Of a DNA stretch of 64,000 nt, positions 29,893-39,341 are shown piece by piece. This stretch comes from Clostridia bacterium (GTDB taxonomy: Bacteria > Bacillota > Clostridia > UMGS1840). The first letter of the stretch is position 1. The number at the start of each line of letters is the position of its first letter. Location: the NCBI GenBank assembly GCA_017936745.1, contig JAGBEY010000016.1:69258-133257 (forward strand), written 5' to 3'. Under the pieces are notes generated by a model. That model made no database searches and was not told the origin of the DNA. It worked only from the letters and a program-made list of their open reading frames with translations. A program made the position numbers and the translations under genes.

Positions 29893-32800
29893 TTATTTAA
29901 AATACGCAACGCCGGATTCAAAGAGCTTCATATCGAAAGAACCATCGATATTTTTATACAAGTTGTCTGCAATACGTTCCGAATGACCCATTTTACCGAA
30001 GATTCTGCCGTCTTTGGAGGTGATACCCTCAATGGAATACAGAGAACCGTTGGGATTATAACGGGAATCATAAGTGGGATTGCCCGCAAGGTCTACATAC
30101 TGAGTTGCAATCTGCCCATTTTTGATAAGTTCAGATAAAACTTCCTTGGGAGCAGTAAATCTGCCTTCCCCGTGGGAGATTGCAGTTTTATACACATCGC
30201 CAACCTTGGTGTTCATAAGCCAGGGAGACAAATTGGAGGTGACTTTCACATCCACCATAGTCGAAATATGACGAGGAATGGTGTTAAATGTCAAAGTAGG
30301 CCAGTTTTCGTTTGGCTCTAAAATATCACCATAAGGAACAAGGCCCAGTTTGATAAGAGCCTGGAAGCCGTTACAGATACCCAGCATCAAGCCGTCTCTC
30401 TGATAAAGAAGCTTCTGAATGGCTTCCTTGATTTTGGGGTTACGCAGAACCGCAGAAATAAACTTACCGCTTCCGTCAGGCTCGTCACCGCCGGAGAACC
30501 CACCGGGAATCATCATAATCTGAGACTGCTCGATTTGTTTTGCCATCTGTTCTACCGATTCTTCCAGCATGGAAACGGTGAGGTTTTTAAACACCATTAC
30601 ATGAGGCTCTGCACCGGCTTTTTCAAAGCGTCTTGCAGAGTCGTATTCACAGTTAGAACCGGGGAATACGGGAATAAACACCTTGGGCTTTGCCACTTTT
30701 ACAGAAGAAGTGACAATATTTGCGCCCTTATATTCGCAATCCGTAATTTCGCCCTCTACATTGTCTGCATAAGGCGGATATACTTTTGCAAGAGGCTTTT
30801 CAAAGGTGTCTGCCAAATCGGACAACAGATAGGTTTTACCCATACATTCGATGGTATCTCCCTCATTGGTAGAGCCAATCAATTCCAAATCCAGCTCCTG
30901 ACAGGTTTCCACCACGAAAGAGCCGTAAAGTTTATCAAACAAACCGTCATTTTTTGAGAAAGTAAAGCCGATTTTGTTACCCAAAAGCATTTTGGTAACT
31001 GCTTCTGCGACACCGCCGTAAGAAACTGCAGATGCAGAAATTACAGTTTTATTTTCAATGCTTTCTTCCAGCCATGCCACATTTTTGAGGAATGCATCTA
31101 CATCTAACAATCCATTCTCCAGTACGGGAGTTTTCAAGAGATATACTTTGGAGTTTTTCTGTTTCATTTCCCGGGAAATAATGGTGTTTGCATTTACAGG
31201 AGCAATAGCAAAGGATACTAAGGTAGGCGGAACATCCATTTCGTTAAAGGAACCGGACATAGAGTCTTTTCCGCCGATTGCCGCAATTTTTAACAATTTC
31301 TGTGCATGGTATGCACCAAGTAATGCCGCAAAGGGTTTGCCCCAACGGGTAGGTTCTTCCCGCAAGCGTTCAAAATATTCCTGGAAAGTAAGGTAAGTGT
31401 CAGACAGTTTTGCACCCGCTGCAATAATTCTTGCTACGGATTCAATTACCGCATAGTATGCACCATGGAAGGTGGAGGTGGCAGACAATTTGGAATTGTA
31501 ACCATAACTCATAACAGTTGCAGTGGTGGTATCACCGTATTCTATGGGGATTTTTGCCGCCATAACATCTTCAGGAGTCAGTTCGTATGCTCCGCCAAAG
31601 GGCATCAGCACAGTTGCCGCACCGATGGTGGAGTCGAAATTTTCAATCAAACCTTTCTGGGAACAGATATTTAAGTCGGAGAGCATTTCGGAAAGGTCAG
31701 AAAATTCTCCGCATAACGCATGTTTCAGTTCAATTTTGGGAACAGTAACTTTTGCCTGTTTAGAAGCTCCGTTGGAGTTTAAGAAGGTTCTGGAAAGATT
31801 TACAATTTTGTTGCCTCTCCAGTACATTTCCAGACGATTGGTATCCGTTACGTCAGCAACTAAGGTTGCTTCTAAGTTTTCTTCCTTGGCATACGCCATA
31901 AATTTTTCCACATCTTCTGCCGCTACCACAACAGCCATTCTTTCCTGAGATTCGGAAATAGCAAGCTCGGTACCGTCTAAGCCCTCATATTTTTTCGGAA
32001 CTTTATCCAGCTGAATGATAAGACCGTCACACAGCTCCCCAATCGCAACAGACACACCGCCTGCACCAAAGTCGTTACACCGTTTGATTAAGGTGGTAAC
32101 TTCTTTCTTTCGCATCAGGCGTTGAATTTTTCTTTCTTCCGGCGGATTTCCTTTCTGCACCTCTGCACCGCAGGATTCTAAGGATTCCATGGTGTGTGCT
32201 TTGGAGGAACCGGTTGCACCGCCGCAACCGTCACGGCCGGTTCTGCCGCCTAAAAGAATAATTTTATCACCCGGCTGAGGACGTTCTCTCACAACATTTG
32301 CTTTTGGCACAGCACCTACAACGGCACCGATTTCCAGACGCTTTGCAACATAGCCTTCATCATACACTTCTCTTACCAGACCGGTTGCCAGACCAATCTG
32401 GTTTCCGTAGGAGCTGTAGCCTTTTGCCGCAACCTTGGATATTTTTCTCTGGGGAAGCTTTCCGGGCAGAGTTTCTTTTAAGGATTTTCTCGGGTCACCA
32501 CTACCGGTAATACGCATTGCCTGATATACATAGGAACGACCGGAAAGCGGGTCACGGATTGCACCGCCTAAGCAGGTTGCCGCACCGCCAAAGGGTTCAA
32601 TTTCAGTAGGATGGTTATGGGTTTCGTTTTTGAACATAATGAGGTATGCTTCTTTTTTACCGTTTACCTCAGCTTCCACTTCAATGGAACAAGCATTGAT
32701 TTCCTCGGATTCGTCGATGTTTTTTAGGTAACCCATTTTCTTCAGCTCTTTTGCCGCAATGGTAGCAATATCCATTAAGCAAATAGGTTTCTCTGTTCTG

Positions 32801-33576
32801 CCCAGGGAAATTCTTGCATCGCAATAATCTTTGTATACTTCGTTTACCAGCTCGTCTTCCACTTTGATATCGGTTAAATGAGTGGCAAAGGTGGTGTGAC
32901 GGCAATGGTCAGACCAGTAAGTATCAATCATACGGAGCTCAGTCAGTGTAGGATCTCTCTGTTCTTCCTCTTTAAAGTATTTCTGACAGAAAGAAATATC
33001 GTCAAAATCCATAGCAAAGCCATAATCAGACAGCATTGCTTTTAATGCCGCTTCATCTGCTGAAATGAAACCGGTAATGACTGCTACATCCTCCGGGTCT
33101 ACAATGGCATCTACCAGACTTTGGGGCTTTTCGGCTTTTGCTTCTCTTGCTTCCACAGGGTTAATCAGATATTTTTTGATTTCCAGAAGCTCCTCATCAG
33201 ACACATTGCCCAAAAAAGCATATACCATTGCAGTTTTTACCACGGGACGCTCTTTTCCGGTGATAACCTGCACACACTGTGCCGCAGAGTCTGCTCTCTG
33301 GTCATACTGACCGGGAAGATATTCCATCACAAAGGATTTGGCATCCCCCAAATCTACAGCTTCATCATACACAAAATCCTGCATGGGTTCGGAAAATATA
33401 ACATATTTGGCTTTTTCATATTCTTCCTCTGTGATTCCCGAAATGTCATAACGAACCAAAATTCTCACTTTTGTAAGACCTTTGATTCCTAAATTTTCTC
33501 TTAAATCCTGACAAACAGATTTTGCGCTGATGTCAAATCCTTCTTTTTTTTCTGCATAGATTCTAAAAATTTCCAT
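29893..33576 (-). CDS. purL: Phosphoribosylformylglycinamidine synthase, large single-chain clostridial type
   Basis: WSDHCRH, ETHNHPT, NDFGAGG, SESQERM, GGKDSMSG, and glutaminase motifs GICNGFQ and GHSER. Confidence 0.96.
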   Translation of the reverse strand: MEIFRIYAEKKEGFDISAKSVCQDLRENLGIKGLTKVRILVRYDISGITEEEYEKAKYVIFSEPMQDFVYDEAVDLGDAKSFVMEYLPGQYDQRADSAAQCVQVITGKERPVVKTAMVYAFLGNVSDEELLEIKKYLINPVEAREAKAEKPQSLVDAIVDPEDVAVITGFISADEAALKAMLSDYGFAMDFDDISFCQKYFKEEEQRDPTLTELRMIDTYWSDHCRHTTFATHLTDIKVEDELVNEVYKDYCDARISLGRTEKPICLMDIATIAAKELKKMGYLKNIDESEEINACSIEVEAEVNGKKEAYLIMFKNETHNHPTEIEPFGGAATCLGGAIRDPLSGRSYVYQAMRITGSGDPRKSLKETLPGKLPQRKISKVAAKGYSSYGNQIGLATGLVREVYDEGYVAKRLEIGAVVGAVPKANVVRERPQPGDKIILLGGRTGRDGCGGATGSSKAHTMESLESCGAEVQKGNPPEERKIQRLMRKKEVTTLIKRCNDFGAGGVSVAIGELCDGLIIQLDKVPKKYEGLDGTELAISESQERMAVVVAAEDVEKFMAYAKEENLEATLVADVTDTNRLEMYWRGNKIVNLSRTFLNSNGASKQAKVTVPKIELKHALCGEFSDLSEMLSDLNICSQKGLIENFDSTIGAATVLMPFGGAYELTPEDVMAAKIPIEYGDTTTATVMSYGYNSKLSATSTFHGAYYAVIESVARIIAAGAKLSDTYLTFQEYFERLREEPTRWGKPFAALLGAYHAQKLLKIAAIGGKDSMSGSFNEMDVPPTLVSFAIAPVNANTIISREMKQKNSKVYLLKTPVLENGLLDVDAFLKNVAWLEESIENKTVISASAVSYGGVAEAVTKMLLGNKIGFTFSKNDGLFDKLYGSFVVETCQELDLELIGSTNEGDTIECMGKTYLLSDLADTFEKPLAKVYPPYADNVEGEITDCEYKGANIVTSSVKVAKPKVFIPVFPGSNCEYDSARRFEKAGAEPHVMVFKNLTVSMLEESVEQMAKQIEQSQIMMIPGGFSGGDEPDGSGKFISAVLRNPKIKEAIQKLLYQRDGLMLGICNGFQALIKLGLVPYGDILEPNENWPTLTFNTIPRHISTMVDVKVTSNLSPWLMNTKVGDVYKTAISHGEGRFTAPKEVLSELIKNGQIATQYVDLAGNPTYDSRYNPNGSLYSIEGITSKDGRIFGKMGHSERIADNLYKNIDGSFDMKLFESGVAYFK

Positions 33577-33601
33577 AACCTAACTCCTGACTGTATCCTT
33601 T

Positions 33602-34354
33602 CTATTGTTCTTCTGTATTGCTATTTATGCGGGTCAGCATTTCATTGACCTGCTCTTGTTTGATGGTGGTGACACCTGAAAACTCCTGCTCTAAAGAACG
33701 TTCCAACATTTGTTTTGCTTTGGCAGTATCCCCCGCTTTTTCCAACACACAGGCATAATTGTAATACGCCTCGGGGAATTTTGGTTCTTTTGCAATCAGC
33801 TCTTCATAAACGGAAATGGCAGCCTCCTGCTCTCCGAGTAAAAACAAGCTCAACCCGTAATTATCGCAAATTACCAGATTGTCTTTGTTATATTGATAGG
33901 CTTCTTCATTCACCGTTTTCAGATATTCCTGATTCCCGGTCAGAATCGCCATATAACCGTAGGTCGCATAAAAGTTTGTGGTGCGATAGCCTTTTTCGTA
34001 CAGAGTCTCCAGGCTTTCTTTGGCTTCATCAAGCTCTCCCACCTGCAAACGAAGAATTGCCATCATCAGCCGTGCCTGATATTTGATATCCGGCTTCAGA
34101 TTGGAGCCAAGAAGCAACAGATTGAGCTTCTCCTTTGCACGGCTTAGTTCGCCGTATTTCAACTCTGCATAGGCGGTTTGCACCTCCTGAGCGGGTGAAA
34201 GCCCTTTTTGGGATGCTTTTCGCAAAAGCTCCAGTCCTTTTTTTGGGTCTCCCGCCACAACCTCCTTCACACCGCTGCGGTACGTGAAAAAGGAACGCTT
34301 TTTGTAGCAATACCACAAAAGAAGCACCAGCAAAATAATGAAAATCAGTTTCAT
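33602..34354 (-). CDS. Membrane-anchored TPR protein
   Basis: N-terminal hydrophobic anchor and TPR-like helices (e.g. PEAYYNYACVLEKAGD). Start at MKLIFII. Confidence 0.75.
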   Translation of the reverse strand: MKLIFIILLVLLLWYCYKKRSFFTYRSGVKEVVAGDPKKGLELLRKASQKGLSPAQEVQTAYAELKYGELSRAKEKLNLLLLGSNLKPDIKYQARLMMAILRLQVGELDEAKESLETLYEKGYRTTNFYATYGYMAILTGNQEYLKTVNEEAYQYNKDNLVICDNYGLSLFLLGEQEAAISVYEELIAKEPKFPEAYYNYACVLEKAGDTAKAKQMLERSLEQEFSGVTTIKQEQVNEMLTRINSNTEEQ

Positions 34355-34429
34355 AATGTTTCGTCTCTTTTCTGAAATGATTTTTGTTTCAAATTCCTTG
34401 GTATTTTTCACCAGAAGAAAAAGAAGATT

Positions 34430-34482
34430 TTATGTATAAACCTATACATAACAAGATATCTTATTATAACACAAGACATCTC
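34430..34482 (-). promoter_or_regulatory. Extended -10 promoter with operator-like palindromes upstream of the TPR-purL run
   Basis: TGtTATAAT (minus strand, 34463-34471); perfect inverted repeat TTATGTATA-aacc-TATACATAA (34430-34451); palindrome AAGATATCTT (34453-34462). Confidence 0.5.
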
Positions 34483-34520
34483 GAAAGAAAAGAGTTTTTT
34501 TGAATTTTTTTGTTTTTTTT

Positions 34521-34550
34521 GCATATTTTTTTGTGTTTTTTGAAAAAATA
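34521..34550 (+). promoter_or_regulatory. Forespore sigma-G/F-type promoter for the ger operon
   Basis: GCATA-15 bp-TGAAAAAATA (equivalently GCATA-N18-AAAAATA). Ger receptor operons are classically sigma-G transcribed. Confidence 0.55.
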
Positions 34551-34571
34551 ACCAAAAGGGTGACTTTTTTT

Positions 34572-36011
34572 ATGGAATTCAGTACCAATTTACAGGAAAA
34601 TTTTCAGAATTTTCAAAAGATATTTCAAGGCAACTGTATGATTGTGTTTCGCTATCTGGAAAACGCTTACGACAATAACACCAAAGCCGTAGCTATTTTC
34701 GGTGACGGGCTGGTAGGAGCCGGATTGGTCAACGATTACGTGGTGAAGCCTTTTGTAATAAATTCTCAGATATATAAACAGGAAAATAAGCTCTCCTTTG
34801 TAAAAAACAGTGTGCTGCAATCCAATGATATTGTAGAAATCAAAGATTATTCGGATTGCATCAAACGTCTCTTTTCAGGGGATGTAATTTTTTTCCTGGA
34901 CGGCTACTCCAATCCCCTTGCGGTCAATGCCCGTTTCCCGGCTACCAGAAGCATTTCCGAGCCGGAAAACGAAAAGGCATTAAAAGGTCCGCGGGAAGGC
35001 TTTTGCGAGCTGATTTTATTCAACACCGCACTGCTCATGCGGCGGTTAAAAAACGATAAATTAAAGCTGGAAAATTTCACTTTGGGAAACCGCACCAATA
35101 CTCCTGTTGTAATGGCATACATCGACGGAATCTGCCATCCCGATTTAGTCAAACAAGTCCGCAGTCAATTATCCGCTCTCAACACCGACGCCATCACCGA
35201 CACCAATCAGATTGCAGAGCTGGTGAAAGCAAAGCCATACTCCCCCTTTAAAACCACCGGTTCTACCGAGCGCCCCGATGTGGTGGCAAACAAGCTTTTG
35301 GAAGGCAGAATTGCCATCATTGCTGACGGAACTCCTCAGGTTATAACCATTCCCTTTTTATTCAACGAATATTTTCAGTCCACCGATGATTACAACATCA
35401 ATTTTTATTTCGGAACGGCTTCCCGTCTGCTTCGGTATCTTTCATTTCTCATTTCTGTTTTTCTGCCGGCAATTTATGTTGCCTGTGTAAAATTCCAGCA
35501 GGAAATTCTGCCGGAAAAGCTGCTTTACAGTATCAGTGCAAGTCGGATGAGTGTTCCCTTTTCTGCCACGATGGAGCTGGTAGTGTTTCTTTTGTTCTTT
35601 GAAATCATCCGGGAAGCCTCCACCCGAACTCCCTCTGTCATCGGGCAAACTCTGAGCATTGCGGGAGCACTGATTTTAGGGCAAACTGCAGTGGAAGCCA
35701 ACTTCATTTCCGTGCCTGCTATCATCATTGTGGCTATCAGCGGACTTTGCAGTAATGTGCTGCCCCAAATGAAAGGAGCTGTGCTTCTGATTCGGTTTGG
35801 CGTTTTATTTTTGTCCTCCGCAATCGGGATTTACGGTGTGATTTTCGGTGCAGCGGCAATCATCATTCATCTTGCAGATATTACGGTTTCTCACACCAGT
35901 TATTTAAACGAAATGCTCCCCTCCACATCTGCATCCCTGATGGACATTTATATCCGGGGCCCTTATCGGTTTCTGAAGCAGAAAAAAGACTATCTTTCCA
36001 AAGGAAATTAG
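34572..36011 (+). CDS. Spore germinant receptor subunit A (GerA/GerKA family)
   Basis: EPENE..LKGPREGF, TERPD, LEGRIAI, EIIREA and GALILGQTAVEA. Start at MEFSTNL. Confidence 0.93.
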   Translation: MEFSTNLQENFQNFQKIFQGNCMIVFRYLENAYDNNTKAVAIFGDGLVGAGLVNDYVVKPFVINSQIYKQENKLSFVKNSVLQSNDIVEIKDYSDCIKRLFSGDVIFFLDGYSNPLAVNARFPATRSISEPENEKALKGPREGFCELILFNTALLMRRLKNDKLKLENFTLGNRTNTPVVMAYIDGICHPDLVKQVRSQLSALNTDAITDTNQIAELVKAKPYSPFKTTGSTERPDVVANKLLEGRIAIIADGTPQVITIPFLFNEYFQSTDDYNINFYFGTASRLLRYLSFLISVFLPAIYVACVKFQQEILPEKLLYSISASRMSVPFSATMELVVFLLFFEIIREASTRTPSVIGQTLSIAGALILGQTAVEANFISVPAIIIVAISGLCSNVLPQMKGAVLLIRFGVLFLSSAIGIYGVIFGAAAIIIHLADITVSHTSYLNEMLPSTSASLMDIYIRGPYRFLKQKKDYLSKGN

Positions 36012-36019
36012 GTGATTTT

Positions 36020-37018
36020 TTGAAAACAGTTTTTCGCACGGTTTCTCTGGTTTTCCTCTGCCTTTTTGTTCTTTTCACGACTGGCTGTTCTCCCCGGGAG
36101 GAAGTGGGAAATTTAGCCATTGTAACAGGAATTTTCTTAAATTATTCGCCCGAATCAAACACCTATCAAATACTTGCGGAAATTGGCGACTTTTCCGAAT
36201 ATGAACAATCCAGCACCGTATCTGCCAAATGGGTGAAATCAAGCGGAGAAACTCTCTTTGGAGCATTTTTTAATCTGGAGAAAACTGCTCCCGTTCCGCT
36301 GTATTTCTCTCATGCAAAAATGCTGCTTCTGGGAAACGGATTTCAAACAGTCTCCACCCGGCACGCAGTGGAGTTTTTCTTAAATTCTCCACAGATTCAT
36401 TCGGATATTTTGGTTTGTGCCACCACACTTTCTGAAGATGTGCTGCAAAAGTTTTCCGAAAAAACGGTATTCAAAACATTTTATGAAATCGTTTCGAAGG
36501 ACTACGCCACAAATTCTTGTCAGCTGTTTCGACTGTATAACAAAGAAACCGAAGCCTTTTTTTTACCTGAAATTACGGCTGCATCAGAAGAAAGCATTTC
36601 ACTCTCCACTGCAGTTTTCTACAATCATCTGTATGTGACCACATACGAAAATAACGAAGAAATGATTTGCCGCTTACTCACCGATTCTATTCAAAATAAA
36701 ACCATTTCCACTCCCGGGTTCAATGCACTCATCAAACAAGGAGATACCATTCTCACCGAACAAAACGGCACCTTATCCGCAGATTGCCGACTGACCGTGC
36801 AGCTGGCAGAAGACAAACAAAACCAAGCACTCCCTCTAACAAGAAAATCCATACAGACAGAGGTAGAAACGACCTTACAAACCCTTGCAGATTCCCTGTT
36901 TCAGGATTTGAAGCGCAGAAACCAAACCCGGATTTTATGGGAAAAATCTTCCGCAGAAGAACTGAAGCTTCGTTGCTTCGTAACAGTGGAAGAATCAACA
37001 CTTCTGAAAGGACGATGA
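36020..37018 (+). CDS. Spore germinant receptor lipoprotein subunit C (divergent)
   Basis: Lipobox LFTTGC, E...LAIVTGI and LYFSHAK motifs of the Ger(x)C family; located between the A and B genes. Confidence 0.8.
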   Translation: MKTVFRTVSLVFLCLFVLFTTGCSPREEVGNLAIVTGIFLNYSPESNTYQILAEIGDFSEYEQSSTVSAKWVKSSGETLFGAFFNLEKTAPVPLYFSHAKMLLLGNGFQTVSTRHAVEFFLNSPQIHSDILVCATTLSEDVLQKFSEKTVFKTFYEIVSKDYATNSCQLFRLYNKETEAFFLPEITAASEESISLSTAVFYNHLYVTTYENNEEMICRLLTDSIQNKTISTPGFNALIKQGDTILTEQNGTLSADCRLTVQLAEDKQNQALPLTRKSIQTEVETTLQTLADSLFQDLKRRNQTRILWEKSSAEELKLRCFVTVEESTLLKGR

Positions 37019-37025
37019 CAAACCA

Positions 37026-38135
37026 ATGAAGCTGACCAGCCGACAGGGCTTTTGTCTGATGACATGTTTTTTACTCGGGAATGTTCTTTCCGGCATCGGA
37101 AGCGGAAGCGACTTAGAAAAGACCGGATATCTCAGCGTTTTTTTCAGTTTTCTTCCGCTAATCCTGCTCATTTTTATTTACCGGGAAATTCTGCGGCGAA
37201 ACAACAACCGTGATTTTTTTGAACTATTTCCCCTCTTACTGGGCAGAACAGCCGGCAAAATTCTGCTGATAGTCATTGCATTTTACAGCCTGTTATCTGC
37301 ATTTTTCAGTATGGCAAACCTGATTGAATTTATAGAAAAAAGCACCTTTTTCAATACCCCAAAACAACTGGTGTTATTTATATCATTGCTCCTGATTCTG
37401 TATCTTTGCTTCAGCCGGGAAAAAGCAATGGGGCGCTATGCTGAAATTGTGCTTCCCATTGTGCTTTTTGCTGTATCTATGCTGTTTATATTCGGTTGGA
37501 AACAGTTTAACCCGGGGCATATCGTGTTTATTTCCTCAAAAAAACATTTTGTGAAGCAGGGATTCAAAATCTTCCTCTCTCCCTTTAGTGAAATCATTTT
37601 TGTTTATCTGTTGTTTGATATGCTAAAAGACAAAACCAAAATTTCAAAAATTGCCATTTCCTCCTGCACTCTGACTGTATTCTTATTTTCTGCCATGTAT
37701 CTGTTCAACCTGTTGATTTTAGGAAAAAAACTAATGGCATCCGTTCCCTTTCCTACCTTCTATGCCGCTTCGGTGGTAGAGGTGGGGACTGTAATTGAAA
37801 ATGCAGAAACCCTCATTACATTTTCCTACACATTTTGTGATTTGCTCTATAGCGGTGCTTGTCTGTTTCTGCTTTCAAAATCCGTTCAGAACCTCTTTCC
37901 CCAACACCAAAACGCAAAAAAAATAACAGCATTATCTGCTGTTATTCTCATATTTGTGTTACTGTGCATTCCGAAAACAAGCGGAAATCTACGCCAATAT
38001 TATAAATGGGTTGCACCGGGAATGATTCCGCTCACTTTAGGAATTCCTATTGTTTTATTGTTGGCAACGCTTTTCAAAAAGCCTAATACAAAAGGTCATT
38101 CTCCAAAAAGCTGTAATAACGGTGACCCGCAATAA
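37026..38135 (+). CDS. Spore germinant receptor subunit B (GerAB/APC transporter fold)
   Basis: About 10 TM helices, TP motif, R..E motif and FP..IENAE segment; third gene of the ger operon. Confidence 0.82.
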   Translation: MKLTSRQGFCLMTCFLLGNVLSGIGSGSDLEKTGYLSVFFSFLPLILLIFIYREILRRNNNRDFFELFPLLLGRTAGKILLIVIAFYSLLSAFFSMANLIEFIEKSTFFNTPKQLVLFISLLLILYLCFSREKAMGRYAEIVLPIVLFAVSMLFIFGWKQFNPGHIVFISSKKHFVKQGFKIFLSPFSEIIFVYLLFDMLKDKTKISKIAISSCTLTVFLFSAMYLFNLLILGKKLMASVPFPTFYAASVVEVGTVIENAETLITFSYTFCDLLYSGACLFLLSKSVQNLFPQHQNAKKITALSAVILIFVLLCIPKTSGNLRQYYKWVAPGMIPLTLGIPIVLLLATLFKKPNTKGHSPKSCNNGDPQ

Positions 38136-38790
38136 TTAAATGGTCCTTCACACGGATATCCACCGTATTCAAGGCACGGGTAATCAAACGGGTGGTATCA
38201 ATATCCGAACCGCTGGGCTGAATATTTCCACTGGGATGATTATGTGTCAGGATTACTTGCTTAGTCTTGGGATATTTCAGTGCTGCCTCCAGTATTTTAC
38301 GAGGCTCTACAGAAATCTCCGATATGGAGCCATCCACAATCTTTTCATAAGCAATAACTTTTCCGCCGTTGTTTAGAAAAACAGCATAAAACACTTCATT
38401 CTGATGTCCGAAAAACAGCCCGGAAACATAATCTGCCATTTCTTCCGCGGTAGTAAGAATCGGCTTTTCTTTCAGCTTTTCGTGTTCTATCTCTCGCATA
38501 ATGCATTTTATCAGGGTAATCAGCGCCGCCGTGTTTTCTCCCACACCGGGAATTTTCTTCAGCTCTCCCGGAGCGGCTTCAAAAACAGCAGAAAAATTTC
38601 CGTTAAAATAATTAAGAATGTCGTGAGACAGCTCGTTCGTATCCCGTCTGGGAATGGAATAATAGGTTAAAAGCTCAATCAGTTCGTGAGGGCACAGCAC
38701 GTCAAGCTGACCGGACAGAAGCTTTGCACGCATCCGTCCGCGGTGACCCTCATGCGGATTGATTGAAGTTTTTTCCTGATTATCTGTCAT
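38083..38790 (-). CDS. radC: RadC / JAB-domain protein
   Basis: HEGHRGRMR N-terminus, IPRRDTN, HhH motif IPGVG, JAMM motif HNHPSG...SGSD, and DHLII. Confidence 0.93.
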   Translation of the reverse strand: MTDNQEKTSINPHEGHRGRMRAKLLSGQLDVLCPHELIELLTYYSIPRRDTNELSHDILNYFNGNFSAVFEAAPGELKKIPGVGENTAALITLIKCIMREIEHEKLKEKPILTTAEEMADYVSGLFFGHQNEVFYAVFLNNGGKVIAYEKIVDGSISEISVEPRKILEAALKYPKTKQVILTHNHPSGNIQPSGSDIDTTRLITRALNTVDIRVKDHLIIAGHRYYSFLENDLLY

Positions 38791-39313
38791 ACAAATTGTT
38801 TCCGTCCTTATCAATTACTACGGTTAATGCTAAATCCTTGATGGTAAGCTTACGGATTGCTTCAGTTCCCAAATCCTCATAGCAAACAATTTCTGCTGCA
38901 GTAATTGATTTGGAAATCAGCGCACCTGCACCGCCGATTGCTGCAAAATACACACTGCCGTTACGCTTCATAGCATCAATGACAGGCTGTTTTCTGATGC
39001 CTTTTCCAATCATACCAAGCTGACCCATATCTAACAGAACCGGCGCATAGCGATCCATACGATAGCTGGAGGTAGGACCGCAGGAACCAATCACTTCACC
39101 CGGCTTTGCAGGAGTGGGGCCTGCATAGTAAATAATTTTGTTTTCAATATCAAAGGGCAAGCCTTCTCCGTTTTCCAAGGATTCAGTCAATCTTTTATGT
39201 GCTGCATCTCTTGCGGTGTAAATTTCACCGGACAACAAAATCATATCTCCGGCTTTTAAGTTTTTGATTTTTTCTACTTCAGAAGTGTGTAATTTCAATT
39301 CCATTCTACTCAT
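38780..39313 (-). CDS. Fe-S hydro-lyase beta subunit (class I fumarase/tartrate dehydratase C-terminal type)
   Basis: TARDAAHKR, GPTSSYRMD, IGKG, GGAGAL and DLGTEAI. Confidence 0.92.
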   Translation of the reverse strand: MSRMELKLHTSEVEKIKNLKAGDMILLSGEIYTARDAAHKRLTESLENGEGLPFDIENKIIYYAGPTPAKPGEVIGSCGPTSSYRMDRYAPVLLDMGQLGMIGKGIRKQPVIDAMKRNGSVYFAAIGGAGALISKSITAAEIVCYEDLGTEAIRKLTIKDLALTVVIDKDGNNLYDR

Positions 39314-39341
39314 TAACTCCCTTTCATCCTATTCTTTTATT

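Noticed and set aside
34495-34571. Poly-T tracts upstream of gerA as a phase-variation switch
   Set aside because: The tracts are short and interrupted, consistent with an AT-rich promoter spacer; the 24-codon Phe-rich ORF extension is likely spurious.
38083-38790. radC as a marker of a mobile element
   Set aside because: It is the full-length chromosomal type with an HhH N-terminus; no integrase or conjugation genes are nearby.
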